Notes under the pieces: model-generated
What the model was told of the DNA's origin: nothing
The model's database searches: none
Seen by the model: the letters and a program-made list of their open reading frames with translations, nothing else
In this document: piece after piece, positions 51,101 through 58,952 of the stretch
Numbering within the stretch: position 1 is the stretch's first letter
Layout of the letters: each line of letters starts with the position of its first letter
Virus record (IMG/VR): IMGVR_UViG_3300042898_002817
From: an uncultured virus (IMG/VR IMGVR_UViG_3300042898_002817)
Taxonomy: Duplodnaviria > Heunggongvirae > Uroviricota > Caudoviricetes
DNA: 64,000 bases
Strand: one strand, 5' to 3'
Translations under genes and position numbers: made by a program

Positions 51101-51305
51101 GAGACATATCAAGTTTACTATGAACAATGTCCCCCGTAACAACTGCAATACTATTTTTAGTTGCGTGACTATTAATATAGTCGAACATGTTTTGAAATAC
51201 TTCTCGGTATTCTGTATGTCGTTTCAATGTACGAATATGAATATCAGATACATGAAAAATTTTATCAATTTTAGTAATAGTTGATTGTATTTTTTTTATT
51301 TCCAT
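48165..51305 (-). CDS. Fused SbcD/Mre11 nuclease - SbcC/Rad50 ATPase (gp47-gp46-like)
   Basis: SDIH, GDIVH, GNHD, GDIH, YPGS; then NTSGKSS, CKYC hook, SGMEK, IDEGWGSLD, ISH. Confidence 0.93.
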   Translation of the reverse strand: MEIKKIQSTITKIDKIFHVSDIHIRTLKRHTEYREVFQNMFDYINSHATKNSIAVVTGDIVHSKLDMSPELVQMLINFFKGFTIPTIVILGNHDMNLNNMHRIDAVSPILDVIDNKNIHFIRDNGLFEFGGITWNHMAVDIAPEHYIQAKDFEAPYKIALHHGAVNTAKTDIGYQISNEHVTIDTFKGHDLTLLGDIHKPAQFLDANRTIAYPGSLIQQNHGEALDHGILVWDVENRRADFAEIPNDYGYVTIETLGSSIVASPHRMPNKPRIRIKFNETSAADMKRLIATIRKKYNVQDITIQRTITSTDSTSATSISIGNVRDVEYQNTLLTDYIDINFPQATAQELDTVRHINRTINSKLPAVESIRHTTWHPISFEFENMFSYGDNNILNFDNLSDVCGLFAANTSGKSSLLDAITYTIFDKCSKTGKANEVLNNKKTTFKGIFKFEMNGIQYTIERRGTKKKEKHVKVDVDFYTDTENLNGEERSDTNKSIRRYLGTYDDFILTAFSLQADNNNFIEKSQKERKDLLSQFLDITVFEQLYQLAADEIKETSGKLKTYKKTDFAEIIIHSDDIITKNQNKIQKLEQSEATLQETRNTLQEKIVLLIETKLPTTYDGPNINALNKIEQNLESLIEQLQEDIEISETSINSISATISKARTNISKINIKSVTNKLQKLQDLQDQQHSLMLQITEQQRTCNEKQQKIDHLNTHQYDPNCKYCTSNIFVQDAIQAQTTINTDQEILNSLQIELLNYQSKISMLTEFIAINQTYNELTADITTNINLRERSKLQQQILESDLQTRESELETCLDRQELFSKNETAIKHNETVDELIEACKLEIIGCTTDIKSIQEQIKNMYGAIEVAKTHKSIALENLEKYQQLEIEYKAYEYYLDSVKRDGIAMELVVKALPKIEVEINNVLNQIVEFNMVLNTDGKNINGYIIYDEDNYWPLELTSGMEKFIASLAIRIALINVSALPRPNFIAIDEGWGSLDAEHISAVVNLFEYFRTKFDFSIIISHVDSMRDMVDNLIEVNKINGYSKILHT

Positions 51306-52237
51306 AGTAGTCCCATTTTTAATTCCATAACATGTTCAAATGTTAGTACTTGAGTATTTTGTATGATTTCTGTTATTTTATTGAATCCTAATTCTGATGC
51401 ATCTTCGACCTGTAATTCTATAAAATATACATTTAGACCTTCTGCCATAAATCGCTCTGCAAATTGTAATGCATTGCGTAATGCATCAGCATCCAAACAA
51501 ATATAAATGTCTCGTACACGTTTTTCAATGATTTTTTTTTGAAGTGCAGGTTGAATAATTTTTCCAAATAATGGAATAGCATTTCTTTTAACTGCGATTG
51601 CATCAAATGCTCCCTCGCATAATACGATTGGCTCTGACCAATTGATTGTTAGATCAAACCCAATAATGTCTTTTGAAATTTTAGGATTTTTATGTTTAAA
51701 TTTATCAGCTCGATAAAATGCTCTAGATACAAAATAATTCAATTGTCCGTCAGCATCATAGCTAGGTATAATTATTTTGCCGGAGTATTCGCCAGCTTCA
51801 CAATAACCAATACGATACTTTAAAATATCAAAAATAGTTACGCCTCGTTGTGTAAGATAATGAATTGCATTTCTATAATCAGGTGTATTTTTTTTGTTCC
51901 AAAGCGGAACGTATTCTTTTGGCAATTGTATTATTTCTTGTTTTTCCGTAGTTGTATCAACACGATATTTTGCTGATTCAATTATTCTAGCAAGTTGTTC
52001 AAAACGTTCTTTTGGTAAATTTAATTGTTTAAACAAAGAAGCAATGCTTCGACCTTTTTTATCGGATATCCAACAATGCCAATGATTTTCTCCAGCACTA
52101 GTTGTTTTAATGTTAATTTCTAGTTTGGGCTTGTAATGTGAAACAAATGGAGAAAAGAATGCAATGTTGTCTCCGGAAGTAGATTTTCCTTTACCTAATA
52201 TAGATTCAAGTAACTGCAGAAGTTTAAGATTCTTCAT
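51296..52237 (-). CDS. dnaG: DNA primase (DnaG-type Toprim)
   Basis: YLTQRG, IIIP, VLCEGAFDAI, ICLDADA, DASE. Confidence 0.88.
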   Translation of the reverse strand: MKNLKLLQLLESILGKGKSTSGDNIAFFSPFVSHYKPKLEINIKTTSAGENHWHCWISDKKGRSIASLFKQLNLPKERFEQLARIIESAKYRVDTTTEKQEIIQLPKEYVPLWNKKNTPDYRNAIHYLTQRGVTIFDILKYRIGYCEAGEYSGKIIIPSYDADGQLNYFVSRAFYRADKFKHKNPKISKDIIGFDLTINWSEPIVLCEGAFDAIAVKRNAIPLFGKIIQPALQKKIIEKRVRDIYICLDADALRNALQFAERFMAEGLNVYFIELQVEDASELGFNKITEIIQNTQVLTFEHVMELKMGLLWK

Positions 52238-52243
52238 ATTATT

Positions 52244-52272
52244 AATATAATAAAATTCTGAGCAGAATCCAA
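52244..52272 (-). promoter_or_regulatory. Class-A promoter TTGGAT-N17-TATATT (leaderless primase)
   Basis: -35 at 52267-52272, -10 at 52244-52249, ATG 6 nt downstream. Confidence 0.7.
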
Positions 52273-52381
52273 TTAATTATAATAATATTATATATTAAGC
52301 ACATACATTACATTACTGGCTTAATGATCAATTCAATAAATGAATTAATCTATTAATTAAATAACTTCATTAATATACAAG

Positions 52382-52410
52382 AATATATTAAATTAAATTG
52401 TAACTTCCAA
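52382..52410 (-). promoter_or_regulatory. Class-A promoter TTGGAA-N17-TATATT
   Basis: -35 at 52405-52410, -10 at 52382-52387. Confidence 0.55.
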
Positions 52411-52412
52411 CC

Positions 52413-52895
52413 TTACCCAAAAAAACTTTTCACAATAACCGGTGATTCATTTGTTTTTAAGCACTCAGCGAACCACTCCACAGGAATATCTTTTTTTGCT
52501 ACATGTTTAATTCCTAATTTTAAAGCATAAGCTTCATATGTAGTTGGCGATCCTTTTGATATTTTTTGTGTAGGAGTTTGGAATACCATGCGTATATCAA
52601 TACCCGGGTTTGATGCTAATACATGTTTCATTTTAGCTCGATCAATGCTAGTCCACCGGCCTTTTGTTTCAATGTATATCAATTGACCATTACGTTTTGT
52701 AAATATGAAATCAGGAGTATATTTTGCTTTACGTTCAGGTACCACGTAATTAAGTGTTTCTGTTTCGTAATTTAATGGATACTCTGCAGTTTTTATTTGT
52801 TCTGCAACTGTATGTTCTAATCCAGATTTATAACCGTATTTTAATGCAGCAGCCCGTTTTGAATTGCCTGAGCTGTGGAAATGATTTTTTTTCAT
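52413..52895 (-). CDS. T7 endonuclease I-like Holliday junction resolvase
   Basis: GYKSGLE, YTPDF, IETKG, DIRMVF. Confidence 0.9.
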   Translation of the reverse strand: MKKNHFHSSGNSKRAAALKYGYKSGLEHTVAEQIKTAEYPLNYETETLNYVVPERKAKYTPDFIFTKRNGQLIYIETKGRWTSIDRAKMKHVLASNPGIDIRMVFQTPTQKISKGSPTTYEAYALKLGIKHVAKKDIPVEWFAECLKTNESPVIVKSFFG

Positions 52896-52924
52896 AACTT
52901 GTATTATAATTAAGAGTTGATTAA

Positions 52925-54685
52925 TTAATCAGCAAGTCCTGGATTTTTAATTGGCTTACGATATTTGCCTTTTTTATTATAAAAATCCTGAGCTTGTTTG
53001 TTTGTAACTGTTTTTTTCGGGTTTCCTTTAAATGCTGCGTTTTGAACTCCAGACAGATAATCCCATTTAATTTTAAAATCCGTAGGTGCTCCTGTGAATG
53101 GATTTTGTATACGTAAATATACAGTCATAGACCCGCCTTTACGTATCATGTCAATTACATCATCTTTTCTTCGATTAATTTCTTTAATATTTTTTTGAGT
53201 AGCTGTATTACGTATCTTTGCTGCTGCAGCTAATTTTGTGCCCCATGCTTTATTCCATGCTGATTTAAACCATGCAATTCCATTTTCATTAGCATTTGAT
53301 CTAAATGATAATCCATTCCAACGTAAGTATTTCTTCCAATAATCATGTGGATTTGTTGTTGTTATTTTTCTTAAATCTTTTGCAGCGTCTAAACAAAGTT
53401 GATATGCTTTTGTTAATGCAACTTTTTCAGTGTCGCCTTTTATTATATCATCTTTTTTAATGTCATCTTTTTTAATGTCAACTTTTACAGGATCTAATAA
53501 TACCGGTGCGTTAGTTATTAATTTTAATTGATCATCAGTAAAATTAAATTGTTCTGTTAGTTTTATTTTAGACTGCATTTTATCAATTAATGTTTGCTGG
53601 AAGTCAGGTTCTAGAATTTTTCCGTCTTTATTTGTATAGTTAAATATTATCTTAAGATCTACAATTAATCTACTAGTTAATGGCCCATAATATCCTGTCA
53701 TTTTATCAGTCGCTATAAAAGCTTTCATGTTAGGCGTAAGATTTGACCCAGCTTTTAGCTGAGTTTTTAATTCATCTTGAAATATTTTTAAATCAACGTT
53801 GTCTTTCATGCCAAAGGTAAATGTTTGCATTTTTATTGATGATCCATCGATGTTTACGTTTTCAACTTCGCCTGAGCCTACTTCTTGTTTGTTAGTATTA
53901 GCAGTAACAGACCCATTATCTGTTTTTGTATCATCAGCTGGTGCTACATTGTCTTCGTCAGACATAAATCCAGGAACTTCACTACCACTCGTAGACATTA
54001 ATGGCGCTCCCTGTTTTGTTAATACTGTTATTAAATCTGCGGGCAATGTTGCATAGCCTGGGTCTTTATCAATAAAAATTATGTTTGAACCCTGGTTGAT
54101 GTTCGTACGTTTGTCTGTTGAATCATATACTGCCTCTGCTGTACCTCGCGCTTTGTGATGTTGAGCTTCTAAGTCACCGGATTTTCGTCCTATTGTATTT
54201 GTTGCGTAACCATCAACAACAACATCTGCGTTGCTATTATCCGGTTCTAAAAGATACTTTACTGCTGCATTAAACTTTGCAGAATTAAATGACTTCATAG
54301 TTTTAGCAGTTACTATAATTACATTAGCAACATATTTTTTGTCTGGGGTTTTATGCATATTGCTGCCAACAAAATATGTATAATTTAAATATGAATTATA
54401 AGGAGAACTTGTTCCATATTGACTGTTTGTCTGTATCTTTCCACGCACCTGATCAAGACTAATCGGATAATTAGCTGAAATCTTAAATCCAAAACCATAT
54501 TTACTGGTTAATGCAATAACTTTATTATCAAGTTTAGATATTACTACTTTCTGAGCTGCCTCTGTTATAACTTGTTTAATTAGTTTATTTAAAATAGTAT
54601 CACTATCTACTTGGTTTGTTAAACGTTTAACGGTAGTAGCTTCTACTACAACCTGTCTAATTATTTTATTTAATATTTTATCCAT
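52925..54685 (-). CDS. Hypothetical protein with a duplicated N-terminal leader; probable head-internal protein
   Basis: ILNKIIRQVVVEA and ILNKLIKQVITEA; internal QDEL...GYYGPLT loosely resembles a peptidoglycan-binding domain. Confidence 0.65.
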   Translation of the reverse strand: MDKILNKIIRQVVVEATTVKRLTNQVDSDTILNKLIKQVITEAAQKVVISKLDNKVIALTSKYGFGFKISANYPISLDQVRGKIQTNSQYGTSSPYNSYLNYTYFVGSNMHKTPDKKYVANVIIVTAKTMKSFNSAKFNAAVKYLLEPDNSNADVVVDGYATNTIGRKSGDLEAQHHKARGTAEAVYDSTDKRTNINQGSNIIFIDKDPGYATLPADLITVLTKQGAPLMSTSGSEVPGFMSDEDNVAPADDTKTDNGSVTANTNKQEVGSGEVENVNIDGSSIKMQTFTFGMKDNVDLKIFQDELKTQLKAGSNLTPNMKAFIATDKMTGYYGPLTSRLIVDLKIIFNYTNKDGKILEPDFQQTLIDKMQSKIKLTEQFNFTDDQLKLITNAPVLLDPVKVDIKKDDIKKDDIIKGDTEKVALTKAYQLCLDAAKDLRKITTTNPHDYWKKYLRWNGLSFRSNANENGIAWFKSAWNKAWGTKLAAAAKIRNTATQKNIKEINRRKDDVIDMIRKGGSMTVYLRIQNPFTGAPTDFKIKWDYLSGVQNAAFKGNPKKTVTNKQAQDFYNKKGKYRKPIKNPGLAD

Positions 54686-54706
54686 ATCATACTTTTTAAT
54701 AAATAT

Positions 54707-55273
54707 TTACCAATCAACCATTACCATGTTACCATTCCATATCATTATATTATCTGACTTAAAATCTAGATCTAGATCCAAATCCGTAATATTTAATTTT
54801 TCAATATCTGATCGTAATGCTTCTATAAAATTTATAATCATCGGGTCTATTCGTTTTAATCCTGATTGATCTACAAAATCAAAAATAGAAACTTCGCCGC
54901 CTTGTTCATATGCGTACACTTTATATTTTTCAACTATGCGATCAATACTTCGTTTTAAATTAGCAGATAATTTTTCTGCATTTGCCATCACAATAACATC
55001 AGTATATTTTGCTTGGCCTCCGTATAAATCTCCTACATAATACACCGGAATAAATGTAGAATAATCAGATATTTTATTTTGTATTTGCCGAGCAACTTCA
55101 ATTTCATCTGTGCTAGTTGTTAGTTTAAAAACTAGGTCTTGATTATTAAATTTGTATACGCGCGCATTGTCCCCGGCGCCGACATATCGAAAATCTTGTG
55201 CTTCAATTCTTTTGCCTAGGTGTCGAATTTCTGCGTCAGTCATTTCAGATAAAATTTGTTTTAATTTTATCAT
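54707..55273 (-). CDS. Minimal protein-kinase-like protein with a MIKLK leader
   Basis: G-loop VGAGDNARVY, VFKL lysine, DEIE helix-C Glu, catalytic LDFKSDNIM, terminal VMVDW. Confidence 0.75.
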   Translation of the reverse strand: MIKLKQILSEMTDAEIRHLGKRIEAQDFRYVGAGDNARVYKFNNQDLVFKLTTSTDEIEVARQIQNKISDYSTFIPVYYVGDLYGGQAKYTDVIVMANAEKLSANLKRSIDRIVEKYKVYAYEQGGEVSIFDFVDQSGLKRIDPMIINFIEALRSDIEKLNITDLDLDLDFKSDNIMIWNGNMVMVDW

Positions 55274-56853
55274 ATTTCCCTTACAATGTTATTTACTACT
55301 TTTGAATCTAGATCTATTCGCAACAAAAAATTCATGTCGACATCAGGCCTATTGCGAATTGCTTGTGCTAATTTTCCTACTGCTAATAATTGACCATGAC
55401 TATCATATAATCCTATAGTTGTAATATATGGCATAAATGAGCTACCAGTAACAAACGGCAAATACTTTATATCATCATCGCCGGTTAAACTTATATTTGA
55501 AGACATATTAAAATCTCCTGCATTTAATTGTACTAGCACATTTAATTCATAGATTGTTTTTGTGCTACGATATGATGCTGTATATGGACATTGCAATATG
55601 TTATTTACTCGATAATCTGCAGAAGATAATACTGCAAGTCCTTGCTTTGTAAAAATATTCCCAACATGTGCCGTTTGGAGAACCGTGCCGCCTTCTGCAC
55701 GGTCATTTAATGCGGCTCGTTGACCTGAAGTTAACTGCTTATTATATATTCTAACTTCATCAATTGAACCTATTAGATTTGAGCTATTGGTGCTATACCC
55801 TCCAATTTTTAATGTATCTTTGTTGTCAATTCTTGCAGTTAATATTAATGGATCGGTTTGCTGACTTAAAAACGTGGATGTATCTGTGCCTTGCAATGCA
55901 TTGTTTGCATACATTTGAATAACACTGCCTGATTTTTGACAAACAATATGTGTCCATGAACTAGTAACATACACTGAAGATGTTACTAAACATTTAATAT
56001 TCGTTGCCCCAGCAACAGTATAATGTATTTTACCTCCGACCAATTCAATGCGGAACGGATATGACGGAGTAATAGAGCTACTAGCTTTTGTTAATATTAA
56101 ACCAGGCGTTATAGCAGATGCACTACAAATAAAAAATGAAATAGCATAATCTGTTTCTCGTGTATATGAGCCATTGATATCAGTAGAAATAAATCCACTA
56201 CCATCAAATTTTGCTGCTAATCCTAAAGATTTTTGTTGCCCGGTGGTAGTCGGTATGCCTGGTATATATGTAACTCCGGAGGATTCATACATGTTTCTAG
56301 AAGCATCGAATGATTCATTAAATCCTTCATAAAATATAACATTGCTAATAATTGATCCGGTTGCATATGATGCATCAACAATGTTTCCAAATTTATCACT
56401 AATATATGAGCCAGAAACTGTGCTATCTATTTTAAATGAAGCAGGTTTTATGCCATCCCCAATTTTACGTTGCAATATTGAAAAAATTGATGCTGTTTCA
56501 AACAAATGTTTAAATGATACATTTAAATTTGTAGGGCCAAATGTATGTGCTGGTGTATCTTTGCGTTTATAGTATAAATGATCGATTCCAAAATATGTTA
56601 TTGATTGCAATGAGCCATCTATATTTGTAGCATCATTATATGTTAATTCACTTCCTATAATAGGTAATACATTGATGTCTGTATAAATTCCTTGAGATGG
56701 TGTTATTAAATCATGGCTTCCGGAATATGCGTACCATTGTTTATAAACATTGAATGGATAAACATTGATATCCGATACGTCTACTGATTTAAACACCGTC
56801 GGTATTGGTCCAGTATATGTATCTTCGTTATTTTGTATTTGTGAATATGACAT
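55270..56853 (-). CDS. Virion protein with a LamG/ConA domain and a C-terminal tail-collar-like motif
   Basis: FDGSG, WTHIV, GSIDEVRIYNKQL; PYITTIGLYD..GQLLAVGKL. Confidence 0.75.
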   Translation of the reverse strand: MSYSQIQNNEDTYTGPIPTVFKSVDVSDINVYPFNVYKQWYAYSGSHDLITPSQGIYTDINVLPIIGSELTYNDATNIDGSLQSITYFGIDHLYYKRKDTPAHTFGPTNLNVSFKHLFETASIFSILQRKIGDGIKPASFKIDSTVSGSYISDKFGNIVDASYATGSIISNVIFYEGFNESFDASRNMYESSGVTYIPGIPTTTGQQKSLGLAAKFDGSGFISTDINGSYTRETDYAISFFICSASAITPGLILTKASSSITPSYPFRIELVGGKIHYTVAGATNIKCLVTSSVYVTSSWTHIVCQKSGSVIQMYANNALQGTDTSTFLSQQTDPLILTARIDNKDTLKIGGYSTNSSNLIGSIDEVRIYNKQLTSGQRAALNDRAEGGTVLQTAHVGNIFTKQGLAVLSSADYRVNNILQCPYTASYRSTKTIYELNVLVQLNAGDFNMSSNISLTGDDDIKYLPFVTGSSFMPYITTIGLYDSHGQLLAVGKLAQAIRNRPDVDMNFLLRIDLDSKVVNNIVREI

Positions 56854-56862
56854 GATAGTTTA

Positions 56863-56897
56863 AGCCTAGGTACATTTAATATAAATATACCTAGGCT
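56863..56897 (-). promoter_or_regulatory. Long hairpin enclosing an ATATTTAT motif and overlapping the RBS region of the LamG gene
   Basis: Perfect 10-bp inverted repeat AGCCTAGGTA/TACCTAGGCT, extendable to 16 bp with one G-U pair on the minus strand. Confidence 0.7.
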
Positions 56898-56912
56898 CAA
56901 ATAATAGTTATT

Positions 56913-58280
56913 TTAAAAATCTAACTTAACTCTTATTAATGCTTCACGTTGAAACGATTTTAATAATGGTTTAGATAATTTAGCTACAGCCAATAATTCT
57001 AATCTATTATTATATAGGCCTATAGTTGTAACATATGTTTTTGGATCATCAATAAAAGATTTTTCTTTTATTTGACCAACACTACCAGTAACATATGATG
57101 GATTATTTGAAAAATTATATTCTGCATTTTTAATTCTTACAAAAAAGTGCGTACTAGTAATTTTTTCAGTATTACGTGCTAAGAACACATATTTATCAGC
57201 CGTTAACGGATTTGTTTGTACGCCGCTTCCAGATATTGAATGAAACAACGAAAAGTGATTATTTCCTTCAGAACTAGATCCTGTATTTGTTCTAAAATTC
57301 AATTGTTGATCCAACATTTTTCCGTCTAATATCAAGGTACCATAATCCGGATATGCTAATCCATAATACACAGATTTACCACCAACTTTATAAATACCAC
57401 CATTAATTGATCCAGAAACTATACTATATACACGTCCCGACTCTCCTAATTTAGCGCTAGCTTCTGATGAATCATCAATCAATGTTATAACAGATCCACT
57501 TGCAGTTAACGACCCTGTTTTATTTGTAATATCAGTTGCATTAGTCATAGTAGCTAATGGTAATTCAAAGTTTCCTGGATCTAATCTTTCTTTTAATAAA
57601 GACCGTTTAAAATTAATTACGTATATAGAATCAGTACTGCCTGATCCTTCTGTTGTAAATCTAGTATCTTCTGGAGATAATAATAATTGTCTGTATTGAC
57701 CATATATGGCTCTACTAGGTGAATCATTTAATTGTCCCACTGATTGCGAACCACTACCCAATGCATGTCCATATGCAATTGAAAATTGTGTTGCACTAGT
57801 ACTATCACTAGGTGTTGCATTTAAAATATCAACATAATATCTTCGTTGATCGGTTGTCTGCGCAGAGCTAGTAAACATGGTACTTAATCCTGCTACTCCC
57901 GTACTCCATACAGTTGCAGAAACAATTTCTGTTTGTTTTGAAATGATATCATTTACGGTATCAAAATTTGTATATGTACGGCCTGCCCTTGATAAATTTT
58001 TTGACGCTTCTTGTTGGTCAAACATTTGTTTGGCCAAAACTTGTGCTGCTGCATTAATTTGTTCATTTAATGCTGCCGTCGACATACCGGTAGCTTGTTG
58101 TGCCGGCATTGGTGTCGTCATGGGTTTAGATGTCGTCGGCGTAATCCTAGGAGGTGCTGGCTGAGCCCGGAGCTGAGCCTGAGCCCGGAGCTGAGCCTGC
58201 CGATTTTGTAAGCCACGCATCACGCTCGGTAAGATTCCATGTCGATGCTGTTGTTTTAATTGATTAACTAATGTTTTCAT
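56913..58280 (-). CDS. Baseplate/tail-collar-like structural protein
   Basis: C-terminal EYNFSNNPS...YVTTIGLYN..ELLAVAKLSKP, paralogous to the C-terminus of the downstream gene. Confidence 0.65.
   Translation of the reverse strand: MKTLVNQLKQQHRHGILPSVMRGLQNRQAQLRAQAQLRAQPAPPRITPTTSKPMTTPMPAQQATGMSTAALNEQINAAAQVLAKQMFDQQEASKNLSRAGRTYTNFDTVNDIISKQTEIVSATVWSTGVAGLSTMFTSSAQTTDQRRYYVDILNATPSDSTSATQFSIAYGHALGSGSQSVGQLNDSPSRAIYGQYRQLLLSPEDTRFTTEGSGSTDSIYVINFKRSLLKERLDPGNFELPLATMTNATDITNKTGSLTASGSVITLIDDSSEASAKLGESGRVYSIVSGSINGGIYKVGGKSVYYGLAYPDYGTLILDGKMLDQQLNFRTNTGSSSEGNNHFSLFHSISGSGVQTNPLTADKYVFLARNTEKITSTHFFVRIKNAEYNFSNNPSYVTGSVGQIKEKSFIDDPKTYVTTIGLYNNRLELLAVAKLSKPLLKSFQREALIRVKLDF
58161..58199 (-). 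repeat. Perfect 18-bp GC-rich tandem duplication (QAQLRA x2)
   Basis: ctgagcccggagctgagc at 58161-58178 and 58179-58196. Confidence 0.95.
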
Positions 58281-58301
58281 ATTATATTATATTTCTTTTT
58301 T

Positions 58302-58952
58302 TTAAATTGTTGCTGTCGTTGCTTTTTTAACTGTTATACGCATAGTGACAGTTCCACCGGTTTCGTTAGCTATAATAGTTACTGTTGCAGTTTTATCTTC
58401 AACCATTTGTGTTTTAGCTGTAACTTTAAACTCAAATCCAGAAACAGCTACACTTTGAGCATCTTCATTATCTCCAATAAATCTAGCAGTTGTAGGCATA
58501 ATATTATTTTGTAACGCCTTAGTAACAATAATATCGCATACACTTGAATCAGATAATATTGCAGAATATCCTAAAGTGGCATTTCCTCCTCTAAAATTAC
58601 TAGTGTCAGGAGAAATAATAGTGCTATTACCAGGTGCATTCAATGTAATAGAAGTATTACCAACATTGATAACTGGTATATTTTGTGTTTTTTTAGGCAA
58701 TGTAATTAATTTATATTTTAATGCTTGAGTTTCATCCGGGATTGCTTCAATTATCGGCATTCCTTCAATGATTGCACCATAATATGCTGTACCTAATGGG
58801 TGATCTGAATTCCATAATGAATAATCAACTTCATCATCTCCTAATGCAAATTGCGTAATATTAAATTCTCCAGCTCCGCGGGCTAAAAGTTCTCGTCCTT
58901 TAATTGTTAAAATTGCGTCGACTGTAACGCTTGAATTATTTAAATATCCCAT
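58302..58952 (-). CDS. Baseplate/tail-collar-like structural protein
   Basis: AILTIKGRELLA....FNITQFALGD resembles the start of P2 gpH-type fibre-attachment domains. Confidence 0.6.
   Translation of the reverse strand: MGYLNNSSVTVDAILTIKGRELLARGAGEFNITQFALGDDEVDYSLWNSDHPLGTAYYGAIIEGMPIIEAIPDETQALKYKLITLPKKTQNIPVINVGNTSITLNAPGNSTIISPDTSNFRGGNATLGYSAILSDSSVCDIIVTKALQNNIMPTTARFIGDNEDAQSVAVSGFEFKVTAKTQMVEDKTATVTIIANETGGTVTMRITVKKATTATI

Noticed and set aside
36689..51305. Introns or inteins in terminase, portal, polymerase or SbcCD
   Set aside because: The ORFs are continuous, of expected size, and lack splice-junction motifs.
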